From assembly GCF_009914755.1 (NCBI RefSeq), contig NC_060930.1: DNA of 64,000 nt; one strand, given 5' to 3'. Under the pieces are notes generated by a model, which had not been told where the DNA came from, did not search any database, and saw only the letters and a list, made by a program, of their open reading frames with translations. The position numbers were made by a program, and so were the translations under genes. Positions 1-13,200 of the stretch are shown here, piece by piece (position 1 is the stretch's first letter; every line of letters begins with the position of its first letter). This DNA comes from the human T2T-CHM13v2.0 reference genome, Homo sapiens.

Positions 1-159
1 GATCTTAGGGAACGACATTTTGAGCTCCTCTGTGTGGCTGGAGATCATGGGCAATTATTATTTTAATATACGTCCCAGCCAGAGGAGGACAGGGATGTTG
101 ACTCTTTTGGTCACCATTGTTGCACACCCCCAGCTGGTTCTAGTACATTGATGCACATA

Positions 160-570
160 CTATTCAGTGGTTACGAATGTAGGACCTAGAGGCTGGGCAC
201 CGTGGCTCACACCTGTAATCCCAGCACTTTGGGAGACTGAGGCGGGCCCATTGCTTGAGCCCAGGAGTTTGAGACCAGCCTGGGCAATATGACAAAACCT
301 CATCTCTACAAAAAACAAAAAATAAAAAGGAATGTAGGATCTAGGGTGAGACTGCATAGTCTCAAATCCTAGTCCTGCAAGACACTTTCTGTGTAGACTT
401 TGGGGAAAATTCTAACTTTCAGAACCCATTTATGAAATGGAGAAATAATAATACCAACTTCATGATATAACTGGGAGAATTAATTCAACTTGTAAAAGCC
501 TGTAAAACATTAAAGCACAATTTGTGGCTTACAGTGTGCAACCCAATAAATATTTACCTTTATTATTATG
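160..570 (+). mobile_element. MIR relic interrupted by a FLAM
   Basis: MIR-like core (ctcaaatcctagt...tgtgtagactttggggaaa...tatgaaatggagaaataata...caataaatattt); boundaries approximate. Confidence 0.5.
191..329 (+). mobile_element. Alu left monomer (FLAM_C/AluJ-type)
   Basis: ggctgggcaccgtggctcacacctgtaatcccagc...A-rich tail; TSD gaatgtagga(c/t)ctag at 175-189 and 330-344. Confidence 0.92.
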
Positions 571-2000
571 AGGAGACTCTCAATAAGCACAGGTTGAATG
601 ATGGGATGATTTCTATAAATGAAATATACTTCACTGACTAAGCTTACAAGAAGTGATGCAAGACAGACTTCTCTTATGCAGAATTCCACTCTGTAGTTCA
701 TAGTGATAAAAGGATTGCTGATTCTTATTTCAAGCCATTCTTCTTTCCAACTACTATTAGATGCTAAGGGATTATGAGTTTTCACTGACATTTTCTTTTG
801 CTGTAAGCTTTGAAAAAAGGAGATAAAGGGAGTGTGCATCTGCCATCCTGCATTCTCCACATCTCTCTACAAGCAAATGGTTTTCTTGGATCTAAAACCA
901 CCTTCGTGGGAAGCAGGTAAAAGTTCTGTTGGGAACGCTTCAAGACTGAAGTATTTGTACCAAAATGCTTCATACTCTAATAAAATATCTGTCATTATGC
1001 TACTTTCATCTAAAGGTTTTGAAACACTTGTAGCATGAATTATGAGATGATGTTTAGGCTGAAAACACATGCCATTTGAAAGGCCATTTTACATTTCTGA
1101 GCACGCCCTACTGATTAAAGTAAAAGAAGAAAAGCTTTATGCAAGGCTAAAGACACAGCTGCAGGGTGTAAGCAATCTCATCTTTTTGTTTTCCTCATCA
1201 TGTCGCTCTGCCTTTTTTTCTTGCTGCCTGAAAGCATGAATGAAATAACAATATGAAAATCAAATTATTTTTTCTTGAATTTGACATGATGCCAAAGTCA
1301 TAATGTTGCTCAATCATGTGCGAAACTTATACGAAATTTTAATGACTTCCAAAAACATTGAAATCAGAAAACTTAATTTAAATTTGTATATAATACATGT
1401 TCAACAAATATTTGTTGACATACTGTAAAAAAACTATATTTGAGGAATGCTCTTTTACGGTTTCTTTTTTTTTTCAGTATTGTTTGAAGTGAGGTTACAT
1501 ACAGAAACAAATGTGAAGGAAACATTCTCTTTTTTGGGCTATTTTAGAATGAACAATATCTCAAAAAAATTAGCAATATGTAGTGACATACAAATTTATT
1601 TATTCTAGTCCCATTATAAGTTCGAAATCTATTATGGCTAACATTTTTGAAAAATTGAAATTTTGAGATCATCGTTCTATAACTGACTAATCCAACAATT
1701 TGTGGTCATTGCATTTCAAACAAATACTGAATCAACATATGATAGCCCGTATTAAAATATGAAACAAATTTAAAAGTATAAAGAACATAAAAAAGAATTT
1801 GTCTAAGGATTCTAATTGGAGAAAGCAAACAAAATGTTACCATTAAATAGAACTTTGTCAGTAAAAGAGGTGAACTCAGATCTGAAAAAAAAAAGTAATT
1901 TTTTTCAGAATGAGGGGTTGTCTTTATATTAGTAGTTACTATATGCATTTTGATTAGTGGCTCTTTCTTGAGCCTCCACAGACATAGTTGCTCTTTAGCC

Positions 2001-2312
2001 CAGTGGCCCCCAATCTTTTTGGCACCAGGGATGGATTTCATGGAAGACAATTTTTCCATGGGACAGGTTAGGTGGGGCATGGTTTCGAGATGGAATTGTT
2101 CCACCTCAGATCATCAGGCATTAGTTAGATTCCCCTAAGGAGTGTGCAATCTAGACCCCTCACATGCGCAGTTCCTATGAGAATCAAATGCCCCCAAAGA
2201 TCTGTTAAGAGGCAGCACTCAGGCCACAACACCCCTTGCCCCCCTCATCTCCTGCTGTGAGTCCAGTTCCTAACAGGCCCGGGACCGGGACCTAACCCCT
2301 TGGAGACCCCTG
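2001..2312 (-). mobile_element. MER1B-type hAT-Charlie non-autonomous DNA transposon
   Basis: Terminal inverted repeats cagtggccccca.../...tggagacccctg; perfect 8-bp TSD ctttagcc at 1993-2000 and 2313-2320; internal sequence matches MER1B reverse complement. Confidence 0.88.
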
Positions 2313-2939
2313 CTTTAGCCAATAGCACTTATACATTTCTATACACCTAACTTACACACTTTTACTTACTTTAGGAGAAATAATTCCTTTACTAGAAATC
2401 ATTGTGAAAATCACGAAAAATCACAGAGATTTCCTGGAAATGAATAATCTTGGTTTAATTGTTTGACTTTCAATGTTAATTTAACCTGCGTGCTTAGCTA
2501 AGTCATTTAATTGCTCAGTATCCAATTTTCCCATCTGGAAATTAATAACAGAGGCCAGAGCTCCGTCCAAAACAATAATGAGGATGACAATAAAAATAAA
2601 CTTCAGAATAAAATTCAAACTCTGCCTAACAGGGAAGACTGATCTTGCCTCCCTGTTCCCCAACCTAGCCCTTTTTCCTGCCACTTCTGTTATTATCTCA
2701 GACTGAAAATAGGCTCTGGCTAGATAGGGAAATTCACCAATCCTTGAATTCTTCCTGAAATTGCTTAACTGTAGTGCTTTAACCACATGTATTCATGTTG
2801 TTCCAATTCCTGGTCCACATTAGAAGCATTGAGGAGCCTAAACCACTGCATCCAAACCTTTTAAATGAGAATCTCTGGGCATCAGTATTTTTTTAAAAAG
2901 CCCCCTGATTTCTTTCAAAATACTAATATAATATGTAAG

Positions 2940-3088
2940 AGTGGGTGGGAGTGTGTGGAAGTATAGATGAAACAAGCTTAGCCATGCCTTAATAATTATT
3001 GAAGTTGGGTGATGAGCACGTGGGTTCATTGTATGATTCAACCTACTTTTGTAAAGGTTTGACATTTTCCATACTAAAATGTTTTTAA
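2940..3088 (+). mobile_element. Old L1M (L1MC/MD-like) 3' end fragment
   Basis: gtatagatgaaacaag...gaagttgggtgatg...gggttcattgtatgatt...ctacttttgta...ttttccat. Confidence 0.55.
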
Positions 3089-3199
3089 AGACTCATACCT
3101 GGTGATGCTAGTGTGTAATGAGAATTTGCTTCCTGGGGATCCCAACCTGTAATAACGATGAAACTAGAATCCTGGCTCTCCTTTCTTTTTAGTCTCTCT

Positions 3200-3480
3200 G
3201 TGAATTAATTGATTAGTTATTTAACTAATTAAACAAATGCTTATAAATGTTCACTCCTGGCTAGAATACTGCTAACCTGTGTCAGGCTCTGGAGGCTCCT
3301 TAAGGGGTTTATGGTTTGATTGGATGAGACATAACAGCAAACAAATAAATTACAGGTAGAAGGTATGTCCAGAAAAGAATGGCATGAAGGATGTGTGTGA
3401 GAGGAGGGTAGCCAGTTGCACGTTGGGGAGACAGCAGGAAGTGCTTCACGGAAAAGTGACTTTTAAGATAAGTTTGATGA
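3200..3480 (-). mobile_element. L2 relic
   Basis: aaacaaatgcttataaatg...tgtgtcaggctct...gcttcacggaaaagtgactttt resembles reverse-oriented L2 3' region. Confidence 0.4.
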
Positions 3481-4704
3481 AACTTATTTACCCTTTAAGA
3501 TCTAGCTTAAATTCTACTTCTTACATCCTTCATTTATGTTGCCGAACAAAAATAATCTGTTTCCACTCTGTATGGTAACCTTTTGCCTCTATATTTCTTA
3601 TTTCAATTACTTTCAGTTTCATGTTACTATATTGGAAATTCTTTGAGATGAAAAATTACTTCAATTCATTCATGCATCCTTCAAAATGTTCTAAAAAAGT
3701 GACTTGATTATTATAAAAATTCAATAAAAGTATGCTGAATTAAATACAATTGATTATCTTTACAGCTTACAGACATTAAATAATTTTGTCATATCATTTG
3801 ACATTTGAATTTACATATTTGCCTTAATTGGCAATCAATATTAACTTAGGAAAGAGTATTAGTCTAAAAGAAAAAATATGCCAAGTTGGAAAGAGAACCA
3901 TTTTTTGTTGTTGGTGGTGAAAATGGACACTGCTCTTTTCAAAGAGAGCTATAAATAAACACTCTAATTTTTCTGCTCACTGAAAGAAGCACACTATCTA
4001 GCCAAGTGCAGCCTTGAATGTTAATTTTGTTCTATTGAAAGCACCTGGGATTCAAAGGCTTTTCCTTCCCTGGCTTGCACAAGAGCAGTTTTATCTGCTG
4101 CACAGAATTTGGAATGACCCAATTCTGTCACGTTGGTGGGAACAAATAATTAAAATAAAGTTGGATGACAGAGATAAAAGGCACAGAGAAAGAAAAAATC
4201 AAACTCCAGGAAAAACGTCAGCAAGGCACTTTCTTGGCACTTTGTTAGTTTCAAATGAGGTACTATTTCTTGCTTTGAACTTGACAAATTCAAGGCCATT
4301 TCTAACGCTTGGTTTAAATGTTTTAGCCTAGCTACTAAAGGCTCACACTAGACAGTATGTTAGTAAACTTATTAATCAAAAATGGGGCAGCACAAGGAAT
4401 GGCCAGGCTTTAACCTGCTTACTGGGAGAGCGACCAGATTCTTAAAACTAAGGATCCTACATCCGGTGCACTGAAGCAAGCCATTTAGAAACTAACTCTA
4501 CCATAACAAATTCCTGGGTTATTTTTTTCTATCAATAACAGTATTTTTGCTTTTTTTTTTTTTCCAACTCCATTGAGGACAGAACCATGACATGATGGCT
4601 TACAGTTCAATATTAGTACAATTTACTGTAGATAAACTTTTTAAACACTAGAAAACTTGTATTTTGAAAAAAGTCATGGGATACCACAAACAGCAACAGG
4701 GATT

Positions 4705-5700
4705 TTAAAAAATACTTCTGATAGCTTATTGCTGGGCAATACTCCTGCCAAGAACTAGAAACGTTTGATAAAATGTAGCAAAATATCTATTTGAAAGCAT
4801 GAGAGACCTACTAAGACAGCTATGGCTTAGGGGGTCAAAATTCCAGAGAGAAGAAAGGCACAATAATGTAAGTTCAACATTCAGTCTACTCTTCCTCCTA
4901 AGGTGTTTGCCAATTCATGAGCAACACTGAGAAGCTGAAAAGTTGAGGAGAACTTCTACCAGTCTTAGGATATTGGAGGAAAAAGTGGATTCAAAAACTA
5001 TCAAGGATAGACCCTAGCTTTCAGCTGGGACCTAAAAAATGCTATACTGGGAACAGAAGAAGCTGGACATGGATAAGCCTTTAGAATAACAGCAGCTCAG
5101 CTTTGAAATAGCTCAATCCATGATTAAATTAAGATGATCTGTCTCTATCCTAATTGTTTGCTGAAAGGAAAAGCACCACTTAGAACCTTAAATTTTATTT
5201 GTGATTTTTCATACCCCAAATCTGTCATTTAATTAAAAAATTATCAGGCATAACAGGAAAGAAGGTGAAATGACTAAATAACAAGAGAAAATACAGAGAA
5301 TACAAACTGACCCATAGAAGAGCTAGAATTCGGACTCCTCAGACCCAGAATTTAAAACGACTGTGATAAATAAGTTCTATAAGTTATCTGATATGATGGA
5401 GAACTTCAGTAGAGAACAAGAAGCCTAAATTTTAAAATCAATTCCAAAACTGAAAATCTTAATAACTAAAGTCAGGAACTCAAAGTACAGGTTTAATAAT
5501 ATATTAGATAAGCTGATGAGATAGTGTCTACCTCTGGGAAACAGGGAAATTGTAGTGATGTGAACTACACATGTGATGTGAGTGTGGGGATCTTCTGAGA
5601 TTCCTGTCATATTCTCTTCCTTTCATTTGGGTACATGGGTGTGTTCACTTTATAATAATCCAAGCTGTACCTATGTGTTCTGTTATATGTGTGTGTAAAC
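4705..5700 (+). mobile_element. Old L1M fragments (5'/ORF1-like plus 3' piece)
   Basis: A-rich L1-like segments such as caggcataacaggaaag...aaactgacccatag...tcagacccagaatttaaaa...gagaacttcagtagagaac. Confidence 0.45.
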
Positions 5701-6089
5701 TGATGAGACTTGTTACATGAAATATCCCCACAGATACACTGAATGAAACTGTTGGAGAACTGGGGTGTTTCAGGAAGCTGAATTTCTACAAGTAAGACAA
5801 ACACCAAGAAAAAAAATAGATAATTAACATTTTCAGGAGAAAAATGTTAGACCTTTAAATTACTTTCTCTGAAATAATTTGCTGAATTCACTGACAGTCA
5901 CCATTTCCTCTGCTAAACCTTTCATCGGGTGCCCATGGAGTGTTTAAACTCAGGTAGTTGTCTCACACATCCTTCCATTTGTTAGAGTGTATAATTACAA
6001 GAGTCAGTTGTGCTTGCTAATGACTTGAAACTAAGCCTATTGTACGTGTTCCTTTAATGACAAAATCTAGTTAAATATTATGTAACTAA

Positions 6090-6359
6090 GGCTGGGTGTG
6101 GTGGCTCATGCCTGTAATCCTAGCACTTTGGGAGGCCAAGGCAAAAGGATTGCTAACTCAGGAGTTTCTGCAACATAGGGAGATCCTGTCTCTACAAAAA
6201 AAATTTTTTAAATTAGTCAGGCGTGATGGTTCCAGCTGTAGTTCCAGCTCCTCAGTAGGCTGAGGTGGGAGGGTTGCTTGAGCCCAGGAGGTCAAGGTTG
6301 CAGTGAGCCATGATTGTGCCACTGTACTGCAGCCTGGGTGACAGAGTGAGCCCCTGTTT

Positions 6360-6375
<16 letters not shown>
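6090..6375 (+). mobile_element. AluJ-type dimer
   Basis: ggctgggtgtggtggctcatgcctgtaatcc...gagcccaggaggtcaaggttgcagtgagccatgatt...poly(A). Confidence 0.92.

Positions 6376-6414
<39 letters not shown>
6376..6414. repeat. (TA)n microsatellite from the Alu tail
   Basis: Uninterrupted TA run directly after the poly(A). Confidence 0.95.
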
Positions 6415-6416
<2 letters not shown>

Positions 6417-7969
6417 CTAATGATACTTCAGCGTAAAAAGAGAACTGTTTCTATGAAAAATTGAATGCTTTCTCAATAAAGGTGAGTCAGTCAAAAAGAA
6501 AGATAAACAAGCTGCCCAAGAATGTATAAGGAAGATTATTGAGGAATAATCTTTTTGTGTGTTCACATACCATTAACATAGTATTCACTGAGAAGAATGT
6601 ATGTGTCCACCCAAACACACAAATATGTGTGTGTTATTAAAAATAACCCTATAATTACTAGCAGGGATACAATCAGAAAATTAAAATAGATTGTTACAGT
6701 AGACCACTGATCTAACCATAAATTAAACCAGTGAAATCCATGAGTTTAATCAAAAGTAACTTTATTATTTGTCTCCCACTGTCCTTTTAAATTCTAGGGC
6801 TTTGCACCTTCCCCTGTCTCATGGCAATTTAGAGTAAGTCCCAGGGCTTTTCTGATCACATTCTGGTAATAAAAACAATCTCAAGTCAGTAATTAAAATA
6901 TGCAATCCTTGAATTTCATTCAAGGTTCAACTGCTTTTTCCAGCTGAGGCTGGCCATAGCTGGCTGTGAACAGCGGGAAGAGACGAGGTTGGCTGCTCCA
7001 CTCTTTTCACAGCTGACCTCCTTCCACATCCCCTTTTTGCTACCTTCATTTCTGACCTCCCAGCATCACAGCTGGGTGGAGGATAGGGAGAAGGGGAAAA
7101 AGGGGGGTTTTCCCTGGGCTTGGGAAGTATGTGAGCTGTCTCTCTCCTAGACCATCGGTGGATTTTTCAGACTATCACCCATCCCTGGGGATGTCTCAGC
7201 TGCATTTCCTGTTGTGGGTCATTGTATTGCCTGGGGCTGCTTCTTTAGCCTCTTGGCATACAGTGGTTCATCCTCCGGTTAGGGTCGCTTTATCCTGCCT
7301 TGGACAGGATTTCTCTCATGGCCCACATCTAAGGACACGCTCATGTAATAATTTTCCCAACCAACTCTGTGACAGCAGGTAACCTCCCAATGTGGTCACC
7401 TCTCTTTGCTCCAGCATCAGAGCAGCTGGCTAACGCACCTCTGACCTTGGGGCTCATCTGGTAGTCATTGAACACCAGCCCTTGGGTGACACTCAGTGTG
7501 CAGGGGACACTCATCAAAGTTTGAAGTGTGCCTTCCATTGTCTTGGATCTTCAACCCAAATGAAACATAAATAATACTCACCCCTCGAGTATTTTCTTTT
7601 GCACAACTGTAGTGGCAACAAAATCCTATTTAATTCATTAATTTGTGTCTGACAGTGCAAGTACTCACTAAATATTTATTGAATATTGAATAAATATGCT
7701 AATACAAGCTTTCTATTTGTAGACATTATTTGACAAAGTGGTTATGATGGAAGATGAAGAATTTTTCCTCTGAGACCTTTCAGATTGGGTTGTCATACCA
7801 GAAGGGGTTTGGGCTACCTTCCCTGAGACTAATGAACTATAACACGAATGAACTAATGAACCATTACAATTTTTTTTCCACGCTGTGCCTCCAGAACCAA
7901 CTGCACTAAACTTGTGAAAAACGCCAGAATGTCGCATTTCAGAAGGAGCTCTTTTTGTCTTGCTCTCTC

Positions 7970-8148
7970 CTGAATTCTATCATCCATTCATTTAGGGCAT
8001 TGGGAAAATGGATTCAAAGCCCGTCTCATCATTTTTTGTTCCGGCTTCCAGCTGGTAAATAACCCTTCAATCAGTAGGTAAAAGCAAAGCTTCACTTAAT
8101 AATCAGGTTTCTTCAGACCCATGCTGGAAGACATCAGGCCCTTGGAAG
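7970..8148 (+). repeat. Copy A of ~180-bp diverged direct repeat (partner 19770-19957)
   Basis: Manual alignment: about 28 substitutions and 3 indels, ~84% identity. Confidence 0.85.
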
Positions 8149-8215
8149 TGTTCTAGTAGACTGAGTGACTCCAGCCAGTGATATTCCTACCTGCAGCTCT
8201 CTCTGCAGCCTGAGG

Positions 8216-8347
8216 AAGAAATAGCTTTGGATAGAACAAAGAGGAAGGGAGGAGGTGGTAGAACTAAAGAGAAGCCATGGAAAGAAATAGCTTTGGATGA
8301 AACAAAGAGGAAGTGAGGAGGTGGGTGAACTAAAGAGAAGCAATGGA
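8216..8347 (+). repeat. 66-bp tandem duplication (2 copies)
   Basis: aagaaatagctttggat..aacaaagaggaag.gaggaggtgg..gaactaaagagaagc.atgga starting at 8216 and 8282. Confidence 0.92.
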
Positions 8348-9398
8348 ATGAAATGCAGGATAAATAGTCCTTGAGATAATGGAAGTTCTGGGAGCTATTC
8401 AGCTAATGGTTCTGTGGCGTGGCTTTCATCTTTTTCACTTGTGTCACAAGGGAAATCACCTTGTTACAATGACAGCCTCCAAGTCTATTACCAGGCAAGC
8501 TATCCCAGAGGTCACAGAACAGAAAGCTTTAAGAACCAAATTAAAATGCTCAAATCGCATGGCTTATGAAGTCCATTTAAAGCTCACAGTGGAAAATGAT
8601 GGAAAAGAGATGGGGTGAATGAACACATGTAGGACTGAATGCAAGTTGGGTAAAAGAATCACACAATCTGAATTGTAAGTGCTCAGTGTTCATATGTCAC
8701 CGTTCTCTTTTTCTCTGTGTGCCCATGCATATGGGCAGTGCATTATCCTTCCCAGCTGGTGGTGGTTATAAGGATCAGAGTTGAGGCTCTAGCAAGGGGA
8801 ACCATAGACAGAAGTTGCCCTGAGACAACCACACACACTTGCTCCATTGAAGAGATGCAGGGACAGGCACTCCTGGCCACAGCTACAACCAATCAGCCTG
8901 CTGAACAGCCATGAGTTTTATTCATGCTCCTTGGGCAGAGGACACATGGAGCCAGAATGAGTGTCACCAATGGGTGGCTAAATTATGACTTTATGAATAT
9001 TAAGTGCTCATGTATGGTGTATCCCAAATATTTAGTGTTTCTCATATATTTAGTCTCACATATATTTAGTTCCTAGGTAACTCATTGATATTAGGTGTCT
9101 CTTGATTCTTCCATTTGTCTCAATCTATGTTAGACATCCATACATTCTACTTGCTTACTACTTATACTTAATAAATTCTATGTATCCTACCAATGTCTAG
9201 CAAACTTTTTGCTTACTAGTTACTTATCTATACTTAATATTCTTAAATATCGTAGCCTGTTTTACAGACTACAAACTTATTTATCTAACAAAACCAGTCT
9301 CAAAAGCAAATGCATGTTAGGATGTATCTTTGATTGTGAAAACTATGTCTTATTCATCTATGTGTTTATGTGTGGCTGTTAGCAACACATACACGATA

Positions 9399-9772
9399 GA
9401 GTAGTCCCCTTTTATCCATGGAGGATATGTTCCAAGACCTCCAGTGGATCCCAGAAACTGTGGGTAGTACCAAATATATATACAACCTATGTATACAGTA
9501 TCATGTTTTTTTGATCTGATAACCTAGATGGCTAATTAAGTAAGTGATGGGTGCCATCTTTAGAATGGACACCCTGGACAAAGGGATGATTCACATCCCA
9601 GGCTGGACGAAGCAGAATGGCATGAGATTTCATCATGCTACTCAAACCGCACAAAATTTACAACTTATGAATTGTTTATTTCTGGAATTTTCCATTTAAT
9701 ATTTTTGACCCACAATTGACTGCAGGTAACTGAAACTGCAGAAAATGAAACCTCAGTTGGGGGAGACTACTG
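9399..9772 (-). mobile_element. MER44A-type (TcMar-Tigger7 derivative) DNA transposon
   Basis: TIR-like ends gagtagtccccttttatcc / gggggagactactg; internal ggacaaagggatgattcacatccc, aacttatgaattgtttatttctggaattttcc. Confidence 0.8.
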
Positions 9773-9811
9773 CATATATTTTCTACATAAAAAATAAATA
9801 AGATGGGTAGC

Positions 9812-10218
9812 TGATATGTGTCCCTGCCCATATCTCAATGTCAAATTGTAATCCCCAATATTGGAGGTGGGGCCTGGTGAGAGGTGATTGGATCATGAGG
9901 GTGGATTTCTCATGAATGGTTTAACACCATCCCCTTGGTGCTGTTCCCATGATAGTGAATGAGTTCTCATGAGATCTAGTTGTTTAAAAGTGTATGGTAC
10001 TTCCCCCCTCACTCTCTCTCTTGCTCCTGCTCTGGCCATGTGAGATGCCCACTCCCCCTTTGCCTTCTGCCATGATTGTAAGTTTCCTGAGGCCTCCAAG
10101 AGGCAGATGCTACCATGCTTCCTGTATAGCCTGCAGAACTGTGTGCCAATTAACTTTTTTAAATAAATTACCCAGTCTCAAGTATTTCTTTATAGCAATG
10201 TGAGAATGGACCACTATA
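9812..10218 (+). mobile_element. MSTA-type MaLR solo LTR
   Basis: tgatatg...aattgtaatcccca...ggatcatg...tttctttatagcaatgtgagaatgga; 5-bp TSD gtagc on both sides. Confidence 0.88.
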
Positions 10219-10223
10219 GTAGC

Positions 10224-13200
10224 TTTTCAAGACAGCTGACTAGGGACATCACATGCTAGTTCTCCTGAGAAGGAAAATCAAAGTTGTGGGTAAATGGTCA
10301 AGTTTTGAGTGGAAAATGGAGGGAGGAGAGCCAGAACCTGTTGGAGTCCCCCACATGAAGAGGCTAGGGCATACAGAAATAAAAGTAGCAAAAGTCTGGC
10401 TAAGATCAGTCCCCAAGGAACTCAGAGACCCCCGAGGAATTCAGAGCCCAGCAGAAAGGGTAAGCAGGAATGCTTCTCTTCTCCCCTCCCACCTCTGACA
10501 ATGCTGACTGCTAAACTGTTTGCCCCCCTGACTCAGGGCAACACTATTGCTGGTGATTAGAGATCTTCCTGAGAACAGAGAACCAGGTGGCCAGCTCATG
10601 CAGCTGTGCTGCACCCCACCCTCAGACCCAGGCTGAGATAATGTAATGTGAACCATACCAGTTGTGCACATGTGGTGCCAGTGCCCTGCCCAGGGATCCT
10701 CCACCCTTGAGCCACTGCATCCCCAGACTACCTGCAGACATACCCCACATCCTGCTCTGACTTTGTCCATTGGGAGTTGTGGGTCCACTGGAGATCTAAC
10801 TGTCAGTGCAGAATGCCCCTAAAGGAGGGGAATGTGCAGCCCCCACAAAGTCCCACTGGGACAAAGGAAAGGTGGCCATAGTGCCAACCATGGAAGGCGG
10901 TACAATCAAAGCCTGGGAACAGACTTGGAGACTTGGCGAGGGGGTCATCTCTTGCCCCTTGCAACCCTCCCCAGTATACTGTTCTCCATGTGAGCTTGTG
11001 CTGAAAGAGGATGCTTTTCACGTTTCTCCAGCAGCTTCACCCCTGCTGAAGGCAAGCCGGCACTTACCCTACCACCTACTGAGGGTGAATCTGTGCTAAG
11101 AACCTACCTGCTGTATCGTCCTGTTAAGTCCCATCTACTGGAAAACAGCCTGAATTACACCACCAAACAAAAATAAATCGCTACATCGAGAAAGCCACCT
11201 CAGGAACCTATCTGCAACCAAGGAGCCTGTACAGAGCTTTGGCCCTCTGACAGCACCCAGAAATGAAGTGAATCAATCATACATAACATACACCACAGTC
11301 ATACCCTCAAGGGAAAAAAGAATAAAAAATCAAAAAGCCCCATCCGAACAATAGCAAATTCCAAAAAAAAATAAAAAAAAAAAAAAGCATCAGCTCTCTC
11401 AGATGAGAAGGAATCAGCACAAGAACTCTGGTAAAACAAAACACCAGTGTTTCATTACCTCCAAAGGTTTACACTAATTACCTAGTAATGTATCCTAATC
11501 AGATTGAAATGTGTGAAATGACAGATATAGGATTCAAAATATAGATGGCATGGAAACTCAATGAGACCCAAGAGAAGGTTGTAATACAATATAAAGAAGT
11601 TAGAAAAACAATCCAAGATTTGAAAGACAACAAAGCTATATTAAAAGAGAACCAAACGAAACTTCTGGAATTGAAAAATTCACTACAGGAATTTCAAAAT
11701 GCAGTTGAAAACCTTAAAAACAGAGTAGACTAAGCAGAAGAAAGAATGTCAGAGTTCAAAGACTGGTTCTTCAAATCAAGCCAGTCAGACAAAAATAAAG
11801 AAAAAGAATTTAAAAAAGTGAACAAAGCCTTTAAGAAATATGGGATTATGTAAAGTTACCAAACCTAGGTCTTATTGGCATTTCTGAGAGGGAAGAAGAG
11901 AAAGTAAGCAACTTGGAAAAATCTTTGAGTTTATAATACAGGGAGATTTCCCCAATCTTGCTAGAGAGATCAACATGCAGATATAAGAAATCTGGAGAAC
12001 TCTTGCAAGATACTATACAAGACAACCATCCCCGAGGCACATAGTCATCAGACTATCCAAGGTCAATGCAAAAGAAAACATCTTAAAGGCAGCTACAGAA
12101 AGGGGCCATATTACCTACAGAGGAAATCCCATCAGACTAACAGCAGACTTCTCAGCAGAAACTTTATAAGCCAGAAGAGATTCAGGGCCTATTTTTAACA
12201 ATCTTAAAGAATAGAAATGCCAGCCAAGAATTTCATATACTACCAAACTAAGCTTCATAAATGGAGGAGAAATAAAGTATTTCCCACACAGGCAATTGCT
12301 AAGGGAATTTGTCACCACCAGACCAGCCCTACAAAAGATGCTTAAGGGAGTTCTAAATATGGAAACCAAAGAATGATACTTGCTATCAAAAAAATGACAC
12401 CTTTAGTACGTAGCTGACAAGGCTTATAAAGCAACTACACAATTGAGACTACAAAGAAATTAGCTAATAACACTATGACAGGAACAATACCTCACACATC
12501 AACATTAACCTTGAATGTAGATGGCTTAAGTGGTCTACTTAAAAGACATAGAGTGGCAAATTGGATAAAAAAGACAAGACCCAACTGATGTCTCCAAGAG
12601 ACCCATCTCACATGTAATGACATCCATAGGTTCAAAGTAAAGGGATGGAGAAAGATCTTTTATGCAAATGGAAAACAAAAAGGAGGAAGAATCACTATTC
12701 TTGTATCAGATAAAACAGACTTTAAACCAAAAACAGCAAAAAAGGACAAAGGGTATTATATAATGAAAAAGTGTTTGATTCAACAAGAAGATTTAACTAT
12801 CCTAGATATATGTGCACTCAACATTAGAGCACATAGATTTATTAAACAATCACTACTAGACCTAAGAAAAGACTTAGACAACCACACAATAATAGTGGAG
12901 GATTTCAACATCCCACTGACAACATTAGACAGATCATTGAGGCAGAAAACTGACAAAGAAATTCTGGACTTAAATTCACCACTTGACCAGTTGGGCCTAA
13001 TAGACATCTGCAGACTACTCCACCCAACAACCACAGAATATACATTCTTCTCACATGCATAGAGAACAAACTCTAAGATTGACCACATGATGGGTCATAA
13101 AGCAAGTCTCAATCAATTAAAAGAAAATAGAAATCATATCAAGCCATCTTCTCAGACCACGGGGGAATAAAAATAGAAATAAATACCAAGAGGAACTCTC

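Noticed and set aside
877-922. ATG...GCAG|GTAAAA possible short coding exon (MVFLDLKPPSWEA)
   Set aside because: Weak donor, no recognisable protein similarity and no partner exon found
1401-1418. Perfect 18-bp palindrome tcaacaaatatttgttga
   Set aside because: Explained by the near-palindromic L2 3' tail motif (ttcaacaaatattt.ttga); AT-rich and common
6600-7560. Possible ancient LTR (Gypsy/ERVL-like) relic
   Set aside because: Only a general compositional impression; no termini, TSD or diagnostic motif I could confirm
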